Shown here: positions 12,611 to 26,697 of the stretch, in pieces
How positions within the stretch are numbered: position 1 is the first letter of the stretch
Layout of the letters: the number at the start of each line of letters is the position of its first letter
Origin: Octopus sinensis
Taxonomy: Eukaryota
DNA length: 64,000 bases
Direction: 5' to 3'
Assembly: GCF_006345805.1 (NCBI RefSeq)
Contig: NC_043007.1
Coordinates: forward strand, 33,852,001 to 33,916,000
Translations under genes and position numbers: made by a program
Notes under the pieces: model-generated
Told to the model about the DNA's origin: nothing
Seen by the model: only the letters and a program-made list of their open reading frames with translations
Databases searched by the model: none

Positions 12611-13218
12611 TTAAAATACCTTCGAACGCAAGTCTAATTCAATTCAGACCAGGGTTGAATAAAAATAACAATGATAACCAAGAACAAATGATTAGTTACA
12701 CAGCGTTGTTCTCTGCGTGAAGTTCTTACATTATATAAATAGCAGAAAAACAAACAAACGAACGAACACAAGTAGGAAAAAATGAAGAGGTTAACGAAAA
12801 GATAAGAATACTTCAGCAACGGTTATTTCTTTGTATAATTGGATAAGATAAATCGGAAACGGCAATTACTTTAATATATAGACGGACAAAAACCATTTAA
12901 TAGAGAAATTGAGTTTTGCTTTATTTTCTCCTCAAGAACGCAATTCAGTACCGATAACAGGACACGAAACCTCCAACTCCTTTCAAATGATTGATGTTTT
13001 ATCTAATTTGTTCGAATTAACGTATGCCTATGTGGTTCAGATGTTTATTTCGCAACAACGAAATATCGGCTTCGATTCCTTGCATCGTCGCGTTTTGTGC
13101 AATGGCCTTTTCTGTAATGGCCTTACTACGGTTTGACCAAAATCTCTAGAAACAAATTTGGTGACCGGAAATTGTGCGAAAGCCTGAAGTGCTTTAGTGT
13201 ATATATATATATATATAT

Positions 13219-13272
<54 letters not shown>

Positions 13273-13273
13273 G

Positions 13274-13307
<34 letters not shown>

Positions 13308-13379
13308 TGTATGTATGTATGTATGTAGTATGTATGTATGTGTGTGTTGTGTGTGTGTGAGTGTGCATTGTAATAGAGA

Positions 13380-13415
<36 letters not shown>

Positions 13416-13424
13416 TATATACAT

Positions 13425-13614
13425 ATAGGCATGGCTGTGCGGTAAGAAGCTAGTCCAAACACATGGTTCCTGGTTCGGTCCGACTGCATGGCACCTAGGA
13501 CAAATGTCTTCTACTGTAGCCTCGGGCCGACCCAAGCCTTGTGTGTGTATTTGGTAGACGGAAACTGAAAGAAGCCAGTTGTATATAAATATATATATAT
13601 ATATATATGTGTGT

Positions 13615-13666
<52 letters not shown>

Positions 13667-14310
13667 TGCGTCTGTGTGTCTGTGTTTGAGCCCCGCCATC
13701 ACTTGAAAAACAATGCTGGTATGTTTATATCACTGTAACTTACCGGTTCGGCCAAAGAGACCGATAGGAGGTTTACAATGAATAAGTCCTGGGATTGATT
13801 TTCTCCGAATATAACCCGTTATGGCAGTGCTCCAGCAAAGCCTCAGTCAAATGACTGAAACAAGTAAAAGAATAAACGAATTTGAAAATATTATAGGCGT
13901 AGGATTGGCTGCGAGGTAAGATTGCTTCCCAACCACATGGCTCCGGTTTCAGTCCCACTACGTGGCACCTTGGGCAAGTGTCTTCTACTATTGTCTCAGG
14001 CAAACCAAAGCCTTGTCAGTGGATTTGGTGGACGGAAACTGAATGAAGCTTGTCGTATATATATATATATATACGTGTGTGTTTGTGTCTGTGTGTGTAT
14101 GTTCCTGTGTTTTTCCCCACTATCATCGCTTGACAGCAGATGTTGCTAGGTTTACGTCCCCGTAACTTAGCGGTTCGGCAAAAGAGACCGATAGAATTAG
14201 TACTATGCTTACAAAGAATAAGTCCTGGGCTCGATTTGTTCTACTTAAGTCCTTGCTCCAGCATGGCTCCAGTCAAATGACTGCAACAAAGAAAAGAATA
14301 AAAGAATATA
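13425..14310 (+). mobile_element. two head-to-tail SINE family A copies (about 13425-13875 and 13895-14310)
   Basis: Two complete head-to-tail homologs about 20 bp apart. Confidence 0.85.
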
Positions 14311-14326
14311 TACACATATATATATA

Positions 14327-14560
14327 TTGGAAATCTGTATTCATAGGAATTTACGTTGGTTGCGACGCATACACTGGATGGACAACAGCAGACTCCCTGG
14401 ACAACTCATTTACTCCCAACTATGGAAGGGAAAAAGAAACAATGGAAGACCTCGACTGAGATGCAAAGATACTGCAAAAAGGAATATGAAGTGGAAAGGA
14501 ATTCATCATAGTAAATGGCAAACTCAAATCGAAAAACTGACCAATATGGAGAAAGCTTAT
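14327..14560 (+). mobile_element. RTE-clade LINE ORF2 3' fragment
   Basis: LRWLRRIHWMDNSRLPGQLIYSQLWKGKRNNGRPRLRCKDTAKRNMK matches the RTE/BovB C-terminal LRWxGHxxRM...RLP...GxRxxGRP..R.KD motif. Confidence 0.8.
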
Positions 14561-15494
14561 CAAGTCATGCCAAAGCTAGGAACAGAGTCGCGACAACTGA
14601 CAACAAATAAATTGAAAAGCGAAGTTGAACTTGGCAAGATTTGATCTCAAGATTTAGACAGGTGGAACTAAATACCGCAAAGTATCTAATACTGCCAAGG
14701 ATTCTGCCAATCCATAGTCTTTTAAACTGTATCTCAGCCAAGTGGAATTAATTTGAAGACGGTCCGATAGCAAAGCTAAGAAATGTATAAACATTTTGAA
14801 TAATTATCTTCAAGTTATCCAGTTGCAAACGAAAAATTGTAATGTAAATAAACAAAAATTAATAAATAACGACAGAAAAATAACGAATAATAAATAAACA
14901 AATAAATTCAGGCGGCGCTAGTAATTCTTATGCAATTTTTTCCACCTCTTACCTTTGTGAGTTTGATGCGATATTCTGAAATTAAAAGAACACAAGAATT
15001 ATCCTGAAAGAAATAGCGCAAACAGCAACAGTTGAGGTAGAAATGATATTATAATTACCAAGTAGTCCATGGAATATCTAAAGGATCTACCAATCACACC
15101 ATCAATTCGAAGAATCTAATTATTCAAGTTACTTAATATGAGTTACACAATACGAGTTATTAGAAGGGGAGAAACAACGGAGGAGTAGGTTTGATATTTT
15201 GCTTGTATTTATCATGTTTTTGTTTAGTGAGAGAAGAATAACACCCATTTACATTTTAGCTGAATGAAATGGGGACAGGTGGGATTGGAAGGGGAAAGAA
15301 GCCACATCAGGTGTGTAGCTTTTGTAGGAAGCAGGACGTCAATGTCTCAAATTATCTATCCTCGAAGTGAAGCCCTTGGCCAACTGACTGCAATAAAGTT
15401 ATCTCTTCTAAATGCAGCCAAGGACAAGATCGTAATGTTAAGCTGCTTCACAGATGAGGTCAGCTAATCAAGGATGGGTCATGCCACAGACTTT

Positions 15495-15848
15495 CGCATC
15501 TTTCGAACGAAGGCCTCGGTTCGATCCGAAGCTATGGTAGACAGAAGTCGTTCGAGTTGCCGTGCAGTTAAATCGATCAGCCAAGGACAATTATAAGTCA
15601 CGCCATCGGCTTCTGAACCTTTCGGTCTACTACCTTTCGCGCGTAGGCCTTGGTTCGATTCGAAGCTACGGTAAACGAAACTGTTTAGAGGTGCCGTGCA
15701 GTTAAATCGATCAGTCAAAAATAATTAAAAGTCACGTGACCGGCTTCTGTACAGTTTCTGTATACCCATCTTTCGCACGAAGGCCTCGATTCGGTCCAAA
15801 ATGGAAACAGACGTAGCTCGTTAGGAGAGCTGCACAGTTAAAACGATC
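15495..15848. repeat. degenerate ~135-bp tandem repeat, about 2.6 units
   Basis: GCCGTGCAGTTAAATCGATCAG at 15559 and 15693, with a variant at about 15829. AGGCCTYGRTTCG appears in each unit. Confidence 0.7.
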
Positions 15849-16737
15849 TCGAAACCACATGTTTACGAAACGATGCTCTTTGACACTTGCCCATATATGT
15901 AACTAAGTTTTTGTTATGTTCTTCCACGTTCTGATTTAAAATCCTGTCCGAATTAACGCATTCATTCCCACCCCATGGATGCATAAAGTAAGTACCAGCT
16001 ATACACGAGGGATGAATCAGACAAGAATCAGACAAGAAGGTCAAGAAATCTGAAACCTTGTGTCACCATAGACATTGCCGCTACTGAAAAGTCAACTGGA
16101 TTCACATTCAGCTACACATTCATTTATATACACATAGCTTTTACCGAATCCTTCATCGGTCAAGCTTGGTCATGCCGCCGGGAAATATATTTTTGAGGAA
16201 GACTGGCAGTTTTATATTTACCCACACATGCTAGTCTCCTCTCTCCTTACCACTGTTGCGTATCCAAGTGAAAATTCACTGACGTCGGCCGATACAGCTT
16301 GGTACAGCTTGGCACCGCTTGACACCCCTTGGCACTGCTTGGCACCGCTTGGTACCAACTTGATATAATTAAGATTTTCCCTTATTATCATTAACAAAAA
16401 CTACTAATCCAACTTAAATTCAATATTGTCTGAACAATTTTACAAGAGTCACAATAAGCTTTTCCATCACAATAATCTTTTCCATCAATATTTCCATTAA
16501 CACTAATTACCAAACTATTATTTTAATTACTATTAATTAGTAGCAACACCTGAGTGACTATTCGTAGGTGCTGCTGTCCGAACGCAAAGAGCCGAATCAG
16601 ATACTCCGTTAATTTTGGTCAACTTGCGTCGCAGGGTCTCGGAGGAGATAGTGTTGGTTGAAGGCTACCAAACCTGCCATACACAGACAACATCAGCTTT
16701 ATATAGAGATAGATTAATACCATAGTACAACAGCAGT

Positions 16738-17120
16738 GGAGGCGCAATGGCCCAGTGGTTAGGGCAGCGGACTCGCGGTCATAGGAAAGCGGTTTCGATT
16801 CCCAGACCGGGCGTTGTGAGTGTTTATTGAGCGAAAACACCTAAAGCTCCACGAGGCTCCGGCAGGGGATGGTGGTGATCCCTGCTGTACTCTTTCACCA
16901 CAACTTTCTCTCACTCTTACTTCCTGTTTCTGTTGTACCTGTATTTCAAAGGGCCGGCCTTGTCACTCTCTGTGTCACGCTGAATATCCCCGAGAACTAC
17001 GTTAAGGGTACACGTGTCTGTGGAGTGCTCAGCCACTTACACGTTAATTTCACGAGCAGGCTGTTCCGTTGATTCGGATCAACCGGAACCCTCGTCGTCA
17101 TAACCGATGGAGTGCTTCCA
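16738..17120 (+). mobile_element. SINE family B, tail type 1, with 12-bp TSD
   Basis: Near-identical to 2751-3137. AGTACAACAGCA at 16724-16735 and 17126-17137. Confidence 0.92.
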
Positions 17121-17624
17121 TATACAGTACAACAGCAACGTTATCTAAGAGACTAAGGTATCCAATTAGCCGCGCTATATATGCAAGGAATGATGTTGAT
17201 TTTTCGAAAGTATGCTAAAAACCATATCCTTTACAACGATTATGATTAGCTACTCAACTCCAGTGTCACTGGTCATAATTTCCAGAGATGAAAGCACTCG
17301 CATACAACTCTCAACAGAAATCGAAACCGGAAATGGGTCTTTTTCCTAAAAACAGACAACTTGATGTTTCCATTTTAATTGTTTGCCGCCTTAGCTTGCC
17401 CTTGACTTACAAACAAGGTCTGATTCGTTTGCGCGCTGCAAATTAGCCTCTCCAAAACAGGCAAAAGTAACCATCCCGCCATTGCTATTCTAAACAGATT
17501 GACAATCAGCAAGAATTGTTAACAGCTCTTCGACTGATCTAACAAATCGATACTAATAATCACAAGACAGTTAAAGCACTTTACTAAATGAACTGACTCT
17601 GATGGCAGAGATGTTGTTGTTATT

Positions 17625-17969
17625 GTTGTAGATGATGATGATGATGATGATGATAATGATGATGATGGTGATGATGATGATGATAATGATGATGATGGTG
17701 ATGATGATGATGTTGGTGATGATGATGATGATATGATGATGGTGATGATGATGATGATAGTAGTACTGGTGATTATGGAGGTGTTAATTCGTGGTCAAGA
17801 TGATGATAATAGTTATGATGATAATGGTTGGTTCGCAATGATAATTGCAACGACATAATGATGATGATGACCGATGATGATGATGATGATGATGATGAGG
17901 CGGAGGAGGAGGGGTAGGGGAGGGGGTAGGATGAGGATGATAAGGATGATGACGACGACGACGACGATG

Positions 17970-18000
<31 letters not shown>

Positions 18001-18505
18001 GCAGAACAAACGAGGAGGAACAAAAGCGGGCAATAAAAGAGGGCGTAAAGAGTTGATGAAACGCGAGCGGAAGCTGAATAAGGTTTGGAGATAGACGTGA
18101 TAGTAGAATGAAAATAGGAACAAAAAAAATAAGACAAGATAAAGAAGAAGGATTAGAAGCAGAAAAGAAGACGACGACATAGAAGAGGTATGAGATGGTG
18201 ATGATGATGATGATGATGAATGATGATGATGATGAGGATGATGATGATGAATGATGATGATGATGTGATGATGATGATGAGATGATGATCAAAATGATGA
18301 TGAGGATGATGGTGTTGATGATGATGATGATGATGATGATGATCAAAATGATGATGAGGATGATAGTGTTGATGATGATGGTGATGATGACGACGATGAT
18401 GATGAGGATGATGATGATGATGATATGATGATGATGATAATGATGATGATGGTGATGATGATGATGATAATGATGATGATGGTGATGATGATGATGTTGG
18501 TGATG

Positions 18506-18537
<32 letters not shown>

Positions 18538-18751
18538 GATAGTAGTACTGGTGATTATGGAGGTGTTAATTCGTGGTCAAGATGATGATAATAGTTATGA
18601 TGATAATGGTTGGTTCGCAATGATAATTGCAACGACATAATGATGATGATGACCGATGATGATGATGATGATGATGATGAGGCGGAGGAGGAGGGGTAGG
18701 GGAGGGGGTAGGATGAGGATGATAAGGATGATGACGACGACGACGACGATG

Positions 18752-18806
<55 letters not shown>

Positions 18807-19004
18807 GCAGAACAAACGAGGAGGAACAAAAGCGGGCAATAAAAGAGGGCGTAAAGAGTTGATGAAACGCGAGCGGAAGCTGAATAAGGTTTGGAGATAG
18901 ACGTGATAGTAGAATGAAAATAGGAACAAAAAAAATAAGACAAGATAAAGAAGAAGGATTAGAAGCAGAAAAGAAGACGACGACATAGAAGAGGTATGAG
19001 ATGG

Positions 19005-19053
<49 letters not shown>

Positions 19054-19091
19054 CAAAATGATGATGAGGATGATGGTGTTGATGATGATGG

Positions 19092-19125
<34 letters not shown>

Positions 19126-19186
19126 CAAAATGATGATGAGGATGATAGTGTTGATGATGATGGTGATGATGACGACGATGATGATG

Positions 19187-19235
<49 letters not shown>

Positions 19236-19320
19236 GGATGATGGTGTTGATGATGATGATGATGATCAAAATGATTATGAGGATGATGGTGTTGATGATG
19301 ATGATGATCAACAACATCAA
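17625..19320. repeat. (GAT)n-rich tract containing a ~0.8-kb tandem duplication
   Basis: Unique blocks (e.g. GAACAAACGAGGAGGAACAAAAGCGGG..., GTGTTAATTCGTGGTCAAG) recur 782-806 bp apart. Confidence 0.9.
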
Positions 19321-19944
19321 CAATAAAAACACAACGTAGACGACAGGCGGCGGCGGTGGTGGTGGTGACAAACAGGTCATAATAACGAAGATTTCTTGTA
19401 GCGCTACATCGAAAGAAGATAGGGGAAAGAGCCCGTTAAGATTATAAAGAAGATATGATTTTTAAATTTACGAAGGGTAGGGATCCCCGCAAGATAATGG
19501 GTTCCAACCCTTCCTTGCAACTATTATATCTTCAGCTATCCTTGAGTATCTTTTATGTAGGCCAAGGACAGAAATTTATATCTTTTATGTTGGCCAAGGC
19601 CAGAAATTTCCACCTTCGTCTAGGAAATTGCGTAACAGTAGTTCATAGACTGTTCTTATGAGTTTCACTAGCAGTTTATCATTTGGATATGCTACAAAAT
19701 CAAGACTACAACACTGGTTTTGTAAAACGCGGTGCGATGCCTGATCTCTTCTTCGATCAGTTCATAGTTATTTCCCTTTGTCTTCCTTCGATTTGTTTAT
19801 TAGCCATATCGATTTTTATTTTACTTGTTTCAGTCATTTTGACTGCGGCCATGCTGGAGGACCGCCTTTAGTAGAACAAGTCGACCCCCCAGGATTTATT
19901 CTTTGTAAGACTAGTACTTATTCTATCTGTCTCGTTTGCTGAAC

Positions 19945-19996
19945 TGTTATTATTATTATTGTTGTTGTTGTTGTTATCAATAATAATAATAATATG

Positions 19997-20032
<36 letters not shown>

Positions 20033-20205
20033 TTAATAATAAGGCGAGCTGGCAGTTTGGTTAGAGGGCAGAGCAAAATGCTTAGCGGTATTTCGTCCGT
20101 CTTTACGTTCTGAGTTCAAATTTCAGGGTCGTTAAGAACAAACTAATCCCATCATCACCCATATTTCAGGTCTTGTACCTTTAGTAGAAATTATTATTAA
20201 TATTA

Positions 20206-20257
<52 letters not shown>

Positions 20258-20319
20258 TATTATTACTATTATTATTATTATTATATTATACATTATTATT
20301 ATTATTATTATTATTATTT

Positions 20320-20354
<35 letters not shown>

Positions 20355-20634
20355 TATATTATTATTATTATTATTATATCATTATTATCATTCATTATTA
20401 TCATTATTATTATTATTATTATTATTGTTGTTGTTATTATTATTTCTATTGTGACTTTTGCTTTACATTTGCACAAGCTGGCTCCAAGTCTCACCCAGAG
20501 GCCTCAAGAGACAACAAGTTGGAAGTTCATGTTGGTGTTATGCCTAGGGTGCCATATATTTGGTTTTGTACTTAGTGTTGTACTAGTGAATGCCTAAAAA
20601 ACCATACGAAAATTATTATTATTATAATTATTAA

Positions 20635-20720
<86 letters not shown>
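19945..20720. repeat. (TTA)n/(TAA)n/(TAG)n microsatellite cluster with degenerate SINE C pieces
   Basis: Directly visible. Confidence 0.9.
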
Positions 20721-20721
<1 letters not shown>

Positions 20722-21518
20722 CTGCGATGGTATTGGCCGAAACGTTAACGCGTCATTCAAAATGTTCAGCGGTATTTCTTCTCGCTTTTACTTTCTTAGT
20801 TCAAATCTTATCAAGATCGACTTTGCCATTCATGTTTGCGAGGTCGACAAAATAAGTAATACTAGTCGAGCGTGGCGTCGATGTAATTGACTAACTCCTT
20901 TTGCCACAAATTTCAGGCCTTGTGATGAGATTAGAGAGGATTAATATAGGCATAGCTTTTGCTGGAGGAAGAAATATGTAGACAGGAGGGGAGGCGTGCT
21001 TATAACAATTTCTATATTAGATGCTTTTGGAATGGCTTAAAAACCATACAGACAAATTACATAACGAAAACGGCAGTATTTACACATTCATGCATAGCAT
21101 CCACTTGAAATTGTACACATATTTTGTAGAGTACTTTTAACAGAGCAACATACACACGCAAACAGGCACTAACACATACACAAAGAATGCAGCAACATAA
21201 AACACAGTACATTGGTAAGGCACGCAGTTATGTTCAATAGTGCACTGAAAGCACGCGATAAAAATATGCCGAAATACTAATAATAATTATGAAAGGGAAG
21301 CTAAAAGAACGCAAGCAAGAAGGCGAGGTAGATGGAGTCGGGCGATAAGGAAGAGGAGGATCCTAAGCATGGAGGGAACAGGGCGGTGGAAGTTAAATTA
21401 TACTCCTAATTGGCGTTCATGCATCAGTAGAGCTTCTTAAGAAAGAATATAAAAATAAAATAAGTTCTTAAATACTTCTAGAACAGTCTGGAAGATTCTC
21501 AATAAAATCTCCTACAGA

Positions 21519-21577
<59 letters not shown>

Positions 21578-21721
21578 ATATGCATACACACACATGATGT
21601 ACATACGTGTACATATATGTATATATATTTATAGATTTAGATATCCAGAGATAGAGATAACATATATATAAATATGTAGATAGATGGAAAGGAGATAATT
21701 TCATATATATATATTATATAT

Positions 21722-21755
<34 letters not shown>

Positions 21756-22179
21756 GGGATGTAAATATATATATATACAAACGCACACGCGCGTACATAC
21801 GTATACATATATGTATTGATATATATATTTAGATACAGAGAGAGAGATGGGGGGAGATAAATATATATAAATATATATATAGAGAGAGAGAGAGGGAGAT
21901 AATTTGATATATATATATATAGGCTGTATACACACACACACGCACACATACACACACCACACGCACACATACACACACACACACACATATATATATAGAG
22001 AGAGAGAGAGGGAGAGAGAGAGAGAAGGAGAGAGAGATGCTTATTTATTCATTTGTCTATTTTTCTTGTTCTCGTCGATGTCGATAAAGATTTTTTCTAT
22101 ATTTTTTCTTTTTATTGGTTCGGTTCGGTTCGGAAAAAGGGGTGGGGCTTTGACCCAACTCAAGACGTTGTAACTGTTT

Positions 22180-23600
22180 TCATCTTTTGTCATTGTTGTT
22201 GTTGTTGCTGCAGTAACTGTTGTTATTGCTATAGTTACTGTTGTAGCTGATGCTCCCAATGTTTCTTGCTGTTGTTGTTATTATTGTCTTAGTGTTGTTG
22301 TTGTTGTTGTTATTGTTGTTGGTAGTGATGGTGTGGGTGTTGGTGTTGGCGTGTTAATGCCATAGCTCCTATTGCTATAGTTGGTGTTGGCAAGGATAGT
22401 GAGTTACTGTTCTTGTTGTAGTTGTTGATATTTTTATTGTTGTTGTTTTTGTTGATGTTGTTGCTATGAATGTTGTTGTTCTTGCTTCTGTTTTGATACT
22501 GTTCTTCCTGCTAATGCTTTTGGTGTTGTTGCTGTTATTAGAACTCATTAGTGGTGACTATTTATAGCAGCATACACTCTCAGATCTAGTCTTCTCAGTC
22601 CATTTAGTTCCAGCTAGTTCCTACTGAAAATGTTTACCATTTTTCTGTGCTACATTGTGTTATTGATCTCCGTCTCTGGAGAGTTCTTCACGAACTCTCT
22701 AGCACCAATTTCGAATACACAGTAACGATGATGACAACAAAAAGAAAACAAAAAAGCAATAACAGCTATAATACTGATGATGACGGCAGCAACAAGAAAA
22801 TCAACAGTATCAGTGACGATAACAACAACAAAAGCAAATGCAGCGGCGACGATGACAGCAACAACAAAAACAACAAACACAGCGACGGTGACAGCAAAAA
22901 AAAAAGAAAGAAATACAATATCGACGGTGACAGCAAGAAAAAACAACACTAGCGTCGGTGACAGCAATAACAAGAAAAACAACACCAACGTTGACAGCAA
23001 TAAGAATAGCAGCAACAACAGCGATGATGACAGCAAAAACAAGAAAAACAATAGCAGAGACGGTGACAGCAATAACGAAACAACAACAACATCCATGGCA
23101 GCAACAACAACAACATCTCCAACAGCAGCAACAGCAACAATATCCACAAAACTGTTAACGATGACATTGGTGGCGACGGCAGTAAAAGCAACAACGAGAA
23201 TGTCAATCATGATTGATGATAAAAATGGCGGATTATAACGACTGCTGCATCAACTATACCAACACCGAAGACGATAATGAAAGTGAAAGTAACAACAAGA
23301 GCAACAGCAGCAGCAGCAGCAACATTAGCTACGATAATGACGATGATAACTGTTAACAAGAATGACAGCGACAAGATGAAGAGCAATGACAAGAACGAGA
23401 ACAACAACAGCATCAACAACGATGACAGCGAGCGATAAGAGTAACACTAAGAATAATAGCAACAACGGCGAAGATACCAATAACAACTGCAATCACAGCA
23501 ACAACAACAAAGGCGATGTCTGTATCTGCAGCAAGAAGGAATAGAGATGACGGCTGCAGTGATGACGAACGCGATGTTAAACAACAATAACAAACTCACC
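22180..23600. repeat. cryptic trinucleotide low-complexity region: (GTT)-rich 22180-22540, then (AAC/GAC/CAG)-rich 22720-23600
   Basis: A strand-composition switch is visible. The overlapping ORFs are N/D/S/T/Q-rich artefacts. Confidence 0.85.
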
Positions 23601-24029
23601 AGGATTTAAAACAGCAACAACAAATAATTCGCGAATATATCAGAGGCAGTGTTATCAAGTTGACTTTGTGAATGTACTGTTATATATGCACGGCTTCTTT
23701 TTACTACTGCAATAAAAACAACAACAACAACAACTGCGACTACTTCTAACATATGATGCTGATACTGCTGATGATGGTGATGATGATGTTCGTGGAAGTG
23801 ATTTCGAGTAGTGATAGTAGGCATGGGATCAGCATGAGAATGAAGATAACTTTTTAAAACGAACACTAGGACAGGTGATACAATGTATAATATATATACA
23901 TGATATATATATATATATAAATGCATGATACACACGCACGCACACACACACACGTATATATACATGCAGATGATATGTATATAGTGTGCATGTGCGCGTT
24001 TGTGTATCATGCATATATATGTGTGTGTG

Positions 24030-24450
24030 TGTAGGTTGCTTACCTACAACATGGTTCCCGGTTCAGTCCCATAGCGTGGCACCTTGGGCAAGTGTCTTCT
24101 ACTATTGCCTCGGGCCGACCAAAGCCTTGTGAGTGGATTTGGTAGACGGAAACTGAAAGAAGTCCGTCGTGTATTATATATATATATATATATATATATG
24201 AGTGTGTGTGTGTGTGTGTGAGTGTGTATATGTGCGTGTGTGTGTGTGTGTGTATGTATATGTTTGTGTGTCTGTGTTTGTCACCTCCACATCACTTGAC
24301 AACCGCTGCTGGTGTTTACCTCCCCGTAAAATAGCGGTTCGGCAAGAGAGACCGATAGAATAAGTACTAGGCTTACAAAGAATAAGTTCTGATGTCGACT
24401 TGCTCGAATAAAGGCCGTGCTCCAGCATGGCCGAAGTTAATAAAACGAAT
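24030..24450 (+). mobile_element. SINE family A (5' end eroded)
   Basis: Homology to other family A copies. Confidence 0.85.
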
Positions 24451-25026
24451 AAAAACACACAATATATATATATATATATATATATACATAATATATATAT
24501 TATACATAGTAACCATTTACAAAAAAAAAACAAAAGATGTAAACCAATGTGTAAACAATAAACAGACGTATTAGTTTAACGCTCGGGAAGTAAGAAAATC
24601 TTTTATGTTTCGAGCCTACGCTCTTAGACAGAACGCAACTCAGAAATAAAAAGAAAAAGAAAATAGAAAAAGGTAAAGTGGCTAGCGATAAAGTCAAAAG
24701 CAAATACTTTGAGAATTTAATCATGGGAGAAAATTTACATTTTCATCTAAATAAGTAGTTACCGGTTTCGATCTCTGTCTTGCTGTCGGTCAAAACCTGT
24801 ACCTGTTTATGTTAGTTGAAAATTGCAAAAAGCTTGTACATTTTCCATTATAAATTTCTCAAAGAATTTTGTTTTCCTTTATTTTCAGTAAAATTATATT
24901 CGCGTGGGACCTCTTATTTATTCAAACGGTGTGTATGTATATGCATACGCACATAACCACACACACACATATGTAAATATATATATATAGAAAAATGTAG
25001 TCAATAAGAAATATATCATACCTAAA

Positions 25027-25056
<30 letters not shown>

Positions 25057-25057
<1 letters not shown>

Positions 25058-25196
25058 CTATAATATGTTACAATTACTCAATAGTCAAGATAAAATTCTG
25101 AGTTTCAGATGCCGAAGTGGTGTTGTGATTTCCACTTCGGCATCTGAAACTCAGAGTTTTATCTTGACTATTGAGTAATTGTAACATATTGTATAG
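25057..25196. mobile_element. miniature fold-back element (~60-bp arms, 11-nt loop)
   Basis: AATATGTTACAATTACTCAATAGTCAAGATAAAATTCTGAGTTTCAGATGCCGAAGTGG and its reverse complement, with 1 mismatch. Confidence 0.8.
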
Positions 25197-25263
25197 ATAA
25201 ATTTCCTCTATTTACATAATATTGAGGTCTCTTTCTTCTTTTTGTTATTTTCTTTCGTTTTAT

Positions 25264-25309
<46 letters not shown>

Positions 25310-26024
25310 ATATATATATTTACGAGCAAGGCAGTATAGATACATACATATGTGTGTGTGTACGCATACGCCATACGTGTGTTCATGTGTAGGCGTATGC
25401 ACACGAATATTGTACATGATAACAATATCGATAAACTAAAAAAACCTGTACGTAGGTAAAAATTCAAAATCTATCACCTACTATGAGATCTTTGATTAAA
25501 CCCAAGAAATTTTTCAAATAATCAGATGCCGACCAAGAATTCAGTAAAATTTTCTGTAAGCGTAGACATTTTTATTTCGATCTTTTACCAAAAAAAAAGG
25601 TTGGCATGAATCGAAATACACTTATCAGTTAGACGCTTCAGGGTCCTTCAATAATTTTTCTCGGACACCTTTTTTTGGCAAAGATTTTATTGTAATGCTG
25701 TGTATCTACAAACACACACACACACACAAATTCAAACCCCGCTACACACATATATTTCTTGTTAACGTATGGATCATTACTACGTTACATGACTACTATA
25801 ACATCTTTGTAAATAATAGTCATCTGACGGATTTCAAACGAAAGACGTTCCGTGAAGGACCGATTTTTGTCTTCAAATGTCCACTACCGATTAGAACACC
25901 ATTTTTTTTTCTTCTTCTTAATGGTGTTCTATGAGATCAATAATCTGTCTCCCTTAATCATGATATTTTGCCCATTTTAATATAAATTTAGCAATATTAC
26001 CGAAAATTCAAAACAGGTGTTTTT

Positions 26025-26237
26025 TACGAGGGGGTACTGAAAAGTTACTGGTATTGCGAAAGGCCTGGAGGGAGACCCAGTATTCCGAGTTCTTTTAACA
26101 GGGCTTAAAATATCCGAAGGACAGCTGCAATATATGTGTGACTCTGAGAGGGGAATATCATAAATAAAATTATAATTTACTGGTCCTCCTGTACTTTCTT
26201 TTATCCAAAGCCCTGAACTATTCAGCACCCCGTCATA
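26025..26237. mobile_element. mariner-derived MITE
   Basis: TA-CGAGGGGGTACTGAAAAGTT at the left and AACTATTCAGCACCCCGTCA-TA at the right: mariner-type imperfect TIRs with TA ends. Confidence 0.65.
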
Positions 26238-26558
26238 TAATATGTAGAAATGAATTGGCACATTACTGTATACTTTGACCTATAACTGTGTTCTATGACA
26301 CATTACAGTATATTATACATATATTATACAGTATATTATACTATGACACATTACAGTATATTATACGAGTACTAAGACATATCACTGTGTGTTATGATAC
26401 GTCACTGTGCAGTATGACATATCATTGTGTCCTGCGACACATCACAGTCTACAATGGTGTATCACTGTCTAATATAATTCATCCCTGTATGTTATTAAAA
26501 CAACACAGTTGCGTGTTGCTTTAATGTTGTGATCAGTTTTTTTAAATTTCGTTAAATT

Positions 26559-26697
26559 ATTAGGTTGTCCCAAAAGTTCGTAAATCTGGAATATAAAGAT
26601 GAAGGTAACTATAACAATATAAACCCAAACAAACAATTAAAAATTGCATAAAAATTCAAATTTTCGCAAGTGTTTACGAACTTTTGGGACAACCTTA
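26559..26697. mobile_element. mariner-type MITE
   Basis: AGGTTGTCCCAAAAGTTCGTAAA and TTTACGAACTTTTGGGACAACCT form a perfect TIR flanked by TA. Confidence 0.75.

Noticed and set aside
17773-19380. Poly-His/Ser/Ile/Met/Asp ORFs and the peptide-like DDDEQNKRGGTKAGNKRGRKELMKRERKLNKVWR
   Set aside because: Derived from (GAT)n. The frame is broken by stops and shifts, with no splice or homology support.
22650-23419. N/D/S/T/Q-rich ORFs on both strands
   Set aside because: Cryptic triplet repeat that is open in several frames at once; no domain.
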